A stretch of DNA of 43,111 nt, taken from contig JBPGPT010000044.1 in the NCBI GenBank assembly GCA_051047955.1, forward strand, positions 62,001 to 105,111, read 5' to 3'. A program made the translations under genes and the position numbers. This DNA comes from Cystobasidiomycetes sp. EMM_F5 (lineage: Eukaryota). The notes beneath the pieces are model-generated. The model worked only from the letters and a program-made list of their open reading frames with translations. It had not been told where the DNA came from and did not search any database. The first letter of the stretch is position 1. Each line of letters starts with the position of its first letter. Below, piece by piece: positions 22,254-32,222 of the stretch.

Positions 22254-23076
22254 TTAGATGAATCCGATCTGCATACAGCAAACGAGGTCAGCTGTGCAGG
22301 AATTGTTGGAATATGAGGACGCTACACACCTTGTTGGCGATGTCCAACGCATCCACTTCCGGTGTTAACCTCACAAAGGCCTTCTTGGATCCGTCAGGGC
22401 TGAGTGGGATAGGAGATACATATCAGCTGCTGTCGTATCGTACAAGTAAGACTACGAGGCAACCCACCGAATGAGAGTGTTGATCTTTGCGGCCTCGACA
22501 TCGTACAATTGCTTTACGGCCTGCTTGATTTGCCTCTTGTTGGACTTCAAGTCGACAATAAATACGAGAGTGTTGTTTTCCTCAATTTTCTTCATGGCAG
22601 TTTCGGTGTTGAGAGGGTGAATCATGACACGGTGAGCGTCCATTCGCGGCGCATGGGGAATGCTCTTTCGCGGGTACCGGGGTGACCGTGACAGGCGGAG
22701 TGTCTTTGGCAGGTGGAAAGTAGTCGACGTTCGCACTTTGCGCAGCGTCTTGCTGGCAGTTCCCTTCAACGCCGCCTTCTTGGCCACCTTGGCCTTTGCA
22801 TCCTGAGGTTTCGCTGCTACTATCCCAAATTTCCCATTTCCCACATCACCACGTCGTGTTTGCGGTAGCAGCAGGTCGTAGTGGCACGCCGAAGGGTATA
22901 TCATAGCCAGCATAGTATCATCATATCACAGTAGCATCGTCGGCAGTAATGTCGTTCATTGTCGTCCAGCATGATACAGGCGACCGGGTCGAAATTTAAA
23001 AGTTGAAGCAGTGGAACAGTCAGCACCATTCGAATGAGTGACGAACAGCACTCATACACTGACCTTTGGGAGCCAT
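22254..23076 (-). CDS. RPL25: 60S ribosomal protein L25/L23a (uL23); 4 exons
   Basis: MAPK|..[85 protein letters not shown]. Introns at ~22820-23063, 22400-22467 and 22269-22329. Confidence 0.97.
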
Positions 23077-23382
23077 GGCGTTTGATTGTGATGGTATGTG
23101 TCAGTCTCCGGTCTCCTTTCCGCGTTTGGGACTCTTCCTTCTCGGAAGAAAATCTCGGGGAAAATCAAACGAGAGATCCCCGCCTCGCTCAAAGAGTTGC
23201 TAAAACATCAGATAACATTGCTACGATGCGTGGTCGGGCTGTCAGCTAATACACATTCCCTCGCCTTGGTTGATGCTCCGCTAAATTAGTCAAACTTAGA
23301 AGCGGGCATATGCAGCTTACATGCTCGCCTTCTGAACTAGACTAGCCATCGAAACAAAGCTCATATACATTAAACCACACTA

Positions 23383-24727
23383 ATGCTGGCAGAAGTGGCT
23401 TGCTTTCTCTTACATGAATTACTGATGACTGGCTCCTTCGCCCCCGTCCCCTCGCCCCTTACGCTTGCCGGCGGCGGGCGCAAACTCCGCTCGAGGGGCA
23501 GGCCGATGTTTCACCCACCGCAGCCAGTCTACTGGACGCTGAGATCCTCTCTTCTTTCTGTTCCGCTTCGTACATACTGTGTATCTGCATCTCGCTTCGA
23601 ATATCGCAGCCCCAGTCACTCCACCACGGATACGCACTTAAAGGTGATCTCAGTACCCCTGCGCAACGTCCATTATTTGGCTGAGTCTCAGCCGTCACAG
23701 ACATACGTCGCAATGTTCACTAAATTGGAGTTATTTACCTGGATCCTCCTGTCTTTTCTGATCATCTCCGCAATCAACTGCCGGTATATCTGGACAGTCC
23801 CGTTTCTTGCCGTCTTGCTGGGAAGGAGCTGGTCGTACCTTGGCAACGAGCTGTTGCCGGGTATATGGAACCAGCCTCAGTCACTCTTTTCAGTATTTTT
23901 CGACGAGTGGTACTGCTGGGATACGATGTGGTTCAACGTGCTGCCTTTTACCGATTACCGCAGCAAGTCGATCCAGGACGCATATCGTCTGGGTGGTCCT
24001 GAGAAGCTACGTCACTACCTGCACTGCGTCATTCACGTCCGCTCTCGCGCCAGCAGGGTGAGAGACTGGATCAGAATTTTCAGACTATGCGCAACATGTC
24101 GACTCTGGCAACGCTGCCGACCATATCAAACATCTCAAATGGATTCGCTATGGCGGCAGAATTTACGAGTTCAATCGACACCTTGAGCCATTCCGACCTG
24201 GCCAATCAGCGCTGGTGGATCCCATAAACAATATCATTGACAGCTTGATCGGAAGCATTGAGAGAAGGTTTCCTGCCGAAGACGATCACCTCCACATGTC
24301 ATCAGACAGTATGCGTCAGACTCTTCGGCCTTATCATGACAAGAATGGGCAGTTGAAGGAGCTACACGCTATGTGCATACGATACCTTACCGTCGTTGCC
24401 ATGTTGGCAACAACTTACTGTCCAGCAACAAGCGCAGAAGCCGACGGCACTGTAGACGCAAGTACTCCGATGACGAGAACAAACAGCGAGGAAAGCGCGC
24501 ACACCCTCGTCGACGAAGCACTTGAAGACTTCAGCTACAGCGTCCAAGTAAGCGGCGAGCTACATCGAGAGCGAAGAATACGCGACGTTGAGAAGCGCCT
24601 GGCAGAGATGGCTCGGAAAAGTGCTATTCTCGAAAAGTACCGGCGTGTTCTGATGCGCGAAACATCGAATCCTATCCAGTGCCTTGGAGATTTACGTAAG
24701 CGTAGATTTTTCCTTCCCGTGGAATGA
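23383..24727 (+). CDS. Hypothetical membrane protein; two ORFs probably joined near 24030-24083, junction unresolved
   Basis: 267-aa ORF with hydrophobic segments (LELFTWILLSFLIISAINCRYIWTVPFLAVLLG) overlaps a second frame that is open from 24062 to 24727. Confidence 0.45.
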
Positions 24728-25358
24728 ACCCGCAAGCTGAAGATCTTCAGACTGCAGCCCTTGATCAGAGAGAGACCGCTGCAGGCGCGATATCGCTCAC
24801 CGCTTGCATTCTCCGAGGGCAAAATTGTGTTGACCTGATGTGCGGAGCGCTTATGTGGAAGTGCATCGTACTGCTCGTCAGGAAGTTTAGTTAGATGCCA
24901 TGCAGTCTTGCTGCGGGCTTGTTGCTGTTTAGTCATGCCGTGCCAAATTCTGATGTTGTTTCCTTTTGCTCTCCGCGATTGCCTTCGCATGACCTGCACC
25001 CGAATGACCAAATCGCCGTATTTGACTTGCCAAACCGTCCCGGTCGACGCTCATTTTCGATGCTTGATGGACCGTTGCGTGTCCTGCGTGCGTGTCAGTC
25101 CACGTCAAAAGCGCTCAGGCGACAATGTCAAAAGCTAGACATCTGTCAAAAGCTGTTGGACGAGTACGAAGCTAGAGCTTTTGACGGATGGACTAAACGC
25201 TTGAATGACGCATGGCTGAAGCTACTGACGTGCAGGCTTTTGCGCTAGGAGGCCTACAGCGCTTTAGTCTTTGGACCTCGACCTCGCTGACTTTGACTAA
25301 AGTCGCTTCACTTTGCTACCTTGAGCACTGATAGGTCTGCAACAGAAGCACAACAGCT

Positions 25359-27455
25359 ATGCCTACTTACATTCGACCCAAGTTCAATGGCTCCAGCTCA
25401 ATGCCTGTTGGTCTCCAAAGCGAGCATCCTCGCGCGGATACCTCGTCCATACTTCACGCACACAAGAAACAGCAGTCAAGCACCACACAGTACACGCTCG
25501 ATTCGGTGTCAGACCGGTCTTCATTGGACTCGGTCGAGCCGCGACCATCGCTCTCGTCCAAATTCTCGTCAGACAACGTCAATGCCCTGTTGACTGCAAA
25601 GAAGCTAAGTGTAACACGGTGAGCACATCTCCAAATTCATTATTTAGACTTCGCATACTCACGCGAACGGCAGGGCCTGGCTGCAGAATATCACATCGAG
25701 TGCGAGGCTGTCGGCTGGATCGGCCCTCGCCCGCGATGGACAAAGCGAACGACCGATGGTAATCTCCAATCCTTCCCTTGTCCTCAACGCTCATACAAAG
25801 GCAAATACGGAGCTTGGAAAAGGAGCGCGACGGGTTGCGAAACCGCTTGATGCATTCCGGTACGTTCTCACCTAGGGTGTGGTAGGGACTGTCGTCGCAG
25901 TATGCTAACGCATCACATATGCTCATTTCCCTGTAGTGATGCTCCTGAACCATGGACATCCACGCCGAGGTCGAGTGAAGATAGTATGCGAAGTTTCGCG
26001 ACGTCCTCCTCGGTTCGTCAAGAGCGAGCATTGCCCCAGCTTCCTCTGCGCATAAAGACTCCTTTACCTCACGGCGACGACATCGAGCAACTCGTCCCTA
26101 CGCCCTGCTTGCCTGTAGCGGCGTCCGGCTGGACAGATGACTCTACTACTCTCGGTTCGAGCAGCCGATCCAACTCCCCTACAGCAGAAACGGCACCAAA
26201 GGCTCAGGCAACAGACATTCCCTTGATTGTTGAAAGTTGTGCATCGCCACCAGCATCGACACTTCGCAACGAGGGCTGTGACAAAGGCACGCCAACATTC
26301 CATGCAACCCTTCTGGGCTCGGCGCCAATGTATCCTGCTCATGTCTCGGATGATGCGAAAATAGTATCTCTACACATTGGATCCAGAACACTTTGTACAA
26401 CCATCAAGACCATCACGTCCAGCCCCTCTCATCTGGAGATTTTCGTACGGAATGCGATTACGGTACCGCAGAACTGTCAGCTTGCAACAATCGTGGCTTC
26501 ATCTTCATCGTCGACATATTCTCAAGGTTCGCTGGCGGAAGATGTTCCTCACCTACATAGTACATGCAAAGCTGCCGCACCCGTTATTGTCAGAGCCTCG
26601 ACGTCTCCTCCCACTGCTTTAAGGTCATCTCGCGCCTCCGTCTTCGACGATGTGCCTTCCGACGAGGGTGAAGAGGAGGGTGAGGAATCGCCACGCTGGC
26701 ACAACATTCCGCGTGGTGATCTGCTAGGAGTCCCAGCTATGCGACGTGTCAGTAGCCTGGTGACGTTTGGCTCGCGGAGTTTTTTAGACACGACGCCAGA
26801 TGATGAGATGGACGACCCTTTCAAGTATGCCAAGAGGGAAGACTTCGAAGCTGATGCTGGTTCGCAGCCGCCCTCGCTATCAACCTCTCCCGACCTATCG
26901 GATTACGGTCCGATCCTGAACATCGCTGGTCGTCCTCTCGATACTATCGCGGTTTCGGCTATGAGTCTGGACATTATGCTGGATCGATCTCCTGAACCCT
27001 ACGAGGCAATTCTACACTATTTGCGCGAAGGTGAACTTCCCCGCAAGCTGGCTTTTACCACTAGCTTCGCGTTAGCAACAGCTCTACGGTCATTCACGAA
27101 TTCAGCGGTTCATCCAAGCAAATGGTCGTCTGCTGAAGGAAAGCTTCCGGCTGTGGCCAGTCTCGATGCCATCGTGTCAAAGATGGATGCGAGATCTCGC
27201 TTGGCTCTCTTGCCTTTGCTTCTCCATCCGATCATCGCACAACTAGAAGATCTGAGGGACGAAGCGCGCTTTCTTGGACTAAAAACACTTCAGTCAGCAG
27301 CTCAGAGGGAGATAGAGCTTTTTGCTACACTACTACTGCAGCCACCGTCGCCTTCGCCTCCAAATAATCTCACGGTGTTAAGGAGGCCAGGACATCGTCA
27401 ATATCGGTCTGAAGCCAACGCGCTTGGCAGTGTGGGTGATTGTGATTGGATATAA
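25359..27455 (+). CDS. Ser-rich protein with a split T1-type BTB/POZ domain (KCTD/Whi2-like); 2 introns
   Basis: Motifs VSLHIGSRTLCTTIKTI ... IMLDRSPEPYEAILHYLREGELP ... LEDLRDEARFLGL. Exons joined by GTGAGC..CAG and GTACGT..CTAAC..TAG introns. Confidence 0.7.
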
Positions 27456-27716
27456 GGCTAAATCCATGTCAGAAGACAAGTTCAACGTGATTGATCACTC
27501 CTAGTAGTACTATATGAAAATTCTAAGCCGCCGCTCGAAGCGTAATGGGTAATGTAAGGTTAGGGAGCAGCGGTGTGTCGTCTGTGGAGTCGATATAAGG
27601 TGCCAGTATCTAGCGGATGCTTGTCCCTTAGGCACTACCAATTTCTTCGCGCGACTCTTGTGCTCTCCGTCCGACGCGTGAATCAATGATGACTTGCTTC
27701 GCGCCTTGCTTCGCAG

Positions 27717-27795
27717 CGATAGCCCTGTACAAATCTACCCCATCTCTGAATTCTGCGTCGGCGGGCCACCCCGCGATAAGGATTATCACGATAAG
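27717..27795. promoter_or_regulatory. Clustered GATA elements (nitrogen catabolite repression) upstream of DUR3
   Basis: GATAAG at 27775-27780, TTATC at 27783-27787, GATAAG at 27790-27795 and GATAG at ~27718, all about 170-250 nt before the ATG. Confidence 0.65.
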
Positions 27796-27964
27796 GGACT
27801 AGCTCCAGGACACGCGAACTGACCCGCGAAATCCCGCCCGATTATTGAACGCCCCGTACAATTCGCTATTCAAGCTGAGAATGTCCTGCAGCACTTCTCT
27901 TCTTTCCAATCCTTCCAGTACTCCCGCCCTTACTTCTCGAAGTCACTAGCTTTCTCCCGACAAG

Positions 27965-30681
27965 ATGCCGGGGGTAGCCATTCTGCCTCAGGCTGCCGGT
28001 TACGGCGTTGTCCTAGGGTGAGGCGTTGCAACATTGTCACACACCAAGCTCAAAGCTGACAATGGTTTGCATTCCCAGCGTTGGATTTGGCTTCGCATTG
28101 CTGATGATTGGGCTCTCGAAGATCCAAAATCGATACACCGTCTACAAGAACAGCGACGTAAACGAATTCACATCAGCTTCTCAATCTGTGAAGCCAGGCC
28201 TGATTGCTTCTGGCATCGTCTCGGGTAAGGGACGCTTCTCCAGAGCCAATTCTGTCTGCTGTTAACATTGTCTTTTGAAAACAAAGCTTGGACATGGGCA
28301 GCTACGTTACTTCAAAGCTCTGCGGTCGCTTACAAGTTTGGGTACGTTGCAGCATCAACGCAGGAGCACCAAACCCTGCTTAGCCAATGATTTTCACCTT
28401 CCTCGTATCAGTATAAGCGGACCATGGTGGTATGCTGCTGGGGCTACTATACAGGTCATGCTCTTTGCACAGAATGCTGCGAAGCTCAAATTGCATGCGC
28501 CGAAGGCTCATACGTCCGTGTCCTTTACTATCGTACCGCAGCCAAATTCTGAAAAACCAGCCTTGATAGATACTTGGAAGTCATTGGAGCAAGGTGGGGA
28601 ACACTCGCACACCTGACCTTCATGTTCTTTGGCTTGGCAACAAACATCATCGTCTCTTCAATGTTGATTGTCGGTGGCTCCGCAACCGTCACGGATCTCA
28701 CTGGCATGCCTACTTTAGCAGCATGCTTCTTAAGTAAGTGATAAGTAGTGCAAAAGATAAGCTCCATGCCATTTGCTGAAGTGATCCAAAGTTCCCGTTG
28801 GAGTTTGCTTTTATGTTTATGTGGGCGGCATGCGAGCAACTCTTTTGTGTGACTACATCCACACTTCGATTCTCCTACTGTTCATCTTATCCTTCATGTT
28901 CACCGTGTACACTACATCCTCAAAGATTGGCAGTCCCTCTGTCATGTACAAATTGCTAGAAGAAGCGGCCATCCGAGCTCCGGTTGATGGAAACGCTGGA
29001 GGCAGTTACCTCACTATGCGCTCCAAGCATGGTCTCATCTTTGGTGTTAAATGTGGGTCATTTTTTTTCCCGTTGTGAAACTGGCTGATTTTGTGCATAG
29101 ATCGTCGGAAATTGTTAGTATCTCTCTAGATCTCGTACTGCATTTGCAACTTACGTATCGTCAAACTAGTCGGGACAGTCTACAATGACCAGGCGTATTG
29201 GCAAAGGTGTGTCCCCTGGGAGCAGTTTTTAAGACGTCGATCTCACCATACTTCTTTCATCAGAGCAATCGCCTCGAAACCTGCATCAGCCGTCAAGGCA
29301 TTCAGTCTCGGAGGTACAGCTTGGTTTGCTGTCCCATTCGGCATGGCCACGACAATGGGATTGTGCGCGGTCGCGCTGACGACAAATCCAAGTTTCCCGG
29401 GCTATCCAAACGCTTTATCGGCCGGCGAAGTATCTGCCGGTCTACCAGCACCGGCTGCTGCTGCCGCATTACTGGGTAAGACCGGAGCAAGCATGATGCT
29501 TGTTCTCCTATTCTGTACGTTGCCTGCTGCCCGTGTCTGGGGACGAAGTCCAGCTAATTTCCCCCGAAATTTCCCCCACGACAAGTGGCTGTCACAAGTG
29601 CGACTTCCGCAGAGATTGTAGCCGTCTCTTCGATCGGTGCATACGATTCTTACAAAACTTACATCAACCCCAAAGCCACAAATGCGCAAATCCTCAAGGT
29701 TGATCATTACTGCATAGCAATTTATGGCGTCTTTATGGGATTACTTGGCTTGATTTTCTATTACATAGGAATATCTATGGGTTGGCTATACGAAGTAAGT
29801 GAATCGTGATCGTTTGCGTCAATTGCGAACAAATTGATAGGTTAACACGTATTCCTTTTGTTCTTTCTATTCTTTGGCCATGGGAACGCTCATCGGGAGT
29901 GCTGTTGCACCTAGTAAGGACTGAGATGTTTAGTGAGGAAAAAAACCGCTGATCTCGCCGGCATATTCAGTTGCGTTATCAATTATGTCACAACGAGCCA
30001 ACAGATTAGGCTGTATTATTGGTGCATGGGCTGGCCTGGCTTGCGGAATCGTAGCTTGGCTCGTAACCACATCAACTTTGAATGGCGGTACCATAAATAT
30101 TGATACAACCGGACAAGTAAGTACAATTCAATAAAGAAACAGCTTGGACACACTGAGCGATCTACGACTAGGACTATCCCATGCTTGCTGGAAATTTGGC
30201 TGCACTCGGTGTCGGGACAATTATTAGTGTTGGGTCAACCTTGATCTGGCCGGACATGACGTTCTCATTTGCAAGCACCCCCTTCGCCGACGAAAATACC
30301 AGCGGAACTCCTCAACTGGCAACGGATGAGACGGACGATGAGAAAAAAGGCGGCTACGTCGACGTGACCACGGCTGCAGTACCGCAATTGCCGACCCATG
30401 CTCAGACTGAAGACTCCGTTTCACTTAAGCGAGCTTTTCGATTCGCCGTCATCTTCAGCTTGGTTCTCACCCTCATACTCATCATTCTGATACCGCTCCC
30501 ATTATTTTTCACGAGTTATGTATACTCGCCAGCGGGATTTACTGGCTGGGTCGCGGTCTCCTTCGTCTGGGTTTTCTACGCCATCGGATGCGTGGTGCTT
30601 TATCCTATCTTCGAGTCTCGTACAGCTCTTAAAGAGATCACGAGCAATATCATTAAAGATTTCACAGGACGTGGAAAGTAG
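27965..30681 (+). CDS. DUR3: Urea active transporter (SSS family); about 12 introns, two anomalous junctions
   Basis: [87 protein letters not shown] and YPMLAGNL. Confidence 0.93.
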
Positions 30682-30924
30682 ACACGGCTTGTAGTGCTAA
30701 AGGTATAGAGTAGTATGGTGTAGATGCGTCACGGGCACAGATGGGTTGTAGGCTAGAAATGTGTAGGTGAATCCATGTCTTTACGTAATGCGACGAGGGC
30801 ATTGTATACTGCGATGACCGAGGAGTAACCAGGAAACCTGGCGGAGGCGACAAAAAGCATTGTATCGGCGGGGTAGGCGGCGGAAGAGCTGAGCTAGCTG
30901 GCTGCGGCCGACAGACCTTCGAAA

Positions 30925-32200
30925 ATGTCTCGCACGTCGTCGAAACTTAGCCTGGAGTCCTTTGGATACAGAAGGACAACATTAGCCAGCGCGGGTATCT
31001 CGGCAGATGAGACGACCATGGACAATCTGCCCGACGAGCTGTACGAACAAATTGTGGTTCTAATCGACCGTTCGAAGACCGTTCCAGACCACACAAAAGT
31101 TGTGCGTATGCAAACATTGCAGATCTCAGTCAATCAACGCTGACTGGAGGGGCTCTCTTTGCTCCAGGCGGAAAGATGTCGCCGAATACACGAATCATAC
31201 CGTGTCGCTAGCGACGACGAGCAGGCAACTGCCCTGGCGAGATTATCGCTGGCGGAAAAAGTATCGAGCAAGGCTCTGGACGCCGTCAGCAGACCTGAGT
31301 CACGCTGGACAAACGTGATTGAGGCAGCCATCGGCGCCTTGCTGAACGATCCTGAGATCGATTACATGTAAGCCCAACATATACAACAATTCCCGCCTTT
31401 CGGAATCTGTCTTTACTCATCGCGCTGAGGCTACAGGAAGGACGTCCCCTGGGATGCTGGGCCACATCCCTTTCCCACTGCAGGCTCCTTACCCGAGCCG
31501 AAGCCTGACTTTGCGGTCGGTTTCAAAGCACAACGGCCCGCAGTTGGCGATGTACGGTCAGCTCCAACATGGTCAATGGCTTACCAGAATGCCCTGCGGG
31601 AATTGGCCGGATTATACCTCATCCCGCATGTTGCCAGCAGTACGGTATATGCTGTTCTGCGTGTGTTATGCCGGTCTTATTCACACGCAATAACTTGATT
31701 GTACAGCTTATCCCGACATCCTCTACCCTTTCTTCGTGTTCGAAGCCAATTCCTCATTAGGAAGCAAATTCGGCGCGGTCAATCAGCTTTGCGGCAGCCT
31801 TTCCCACGTGGACAACCCGCTTCAACCAAGCGGTTACACGTGTTTGGTGCAGTTTGCTCTGGCGACTCGTGGGAGATCTACGTAGCATACGAGGCGGATG
31901 TAAACAATCCCGAAGCTCGATGTGTAAGCGTTCTTACGTGAAACAACGGACGGAAGGGTATCATTGCCATCGCTGAGATGAGACTGTCTTTTTGTGCTCT
32001 CAGAACCTAGTCGCAATCTGGTCTGGTTCCGTCCGCAACGTTTCTGCCGCATTGGATTTTATGTGCATAATGGAGCGTTTGCGGACCTGGGCTACATCAA
32101 GTCTGAAACCTACTCTAACTGCGTGGTTGGAATCTTTTCGTCCCACGGCGAAAAGCTGCCTACCGCAATCATACGGTTCAATACTAACGACCAAACGTGA
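30925..32200 (+). CDS. Hypothetical protein with F-box-like N-terminal motif; several introns
   Basis: MDNLPDELYEQIVVLID resembles the F-box LPxE consensus. Chain of short ORFs flanked by GT/AG signals; the 3' end is uncertain. Confidence 0.45.
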
Positions 32201-32222
32201 ATCAAGGTAAGAATATAAGAGA

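Noticed and set aside
22830..22925. Box C/D snoRNA in RPL25 intron 1 (ATGATGA box C on the minus strand at 22919-22925)
   Set aside because: No CTGA box D downstream within the intron and no terminal stem.
24895..25248. 117-aa ORF upstream of the BTB gene
   Set aside because: No recognisable features; cannot be distinguished from promoter or 5' UTR sequence.
27547..27565. Telomere-like TTAGGG
   Set aside because: Single copy only; expected by chance.
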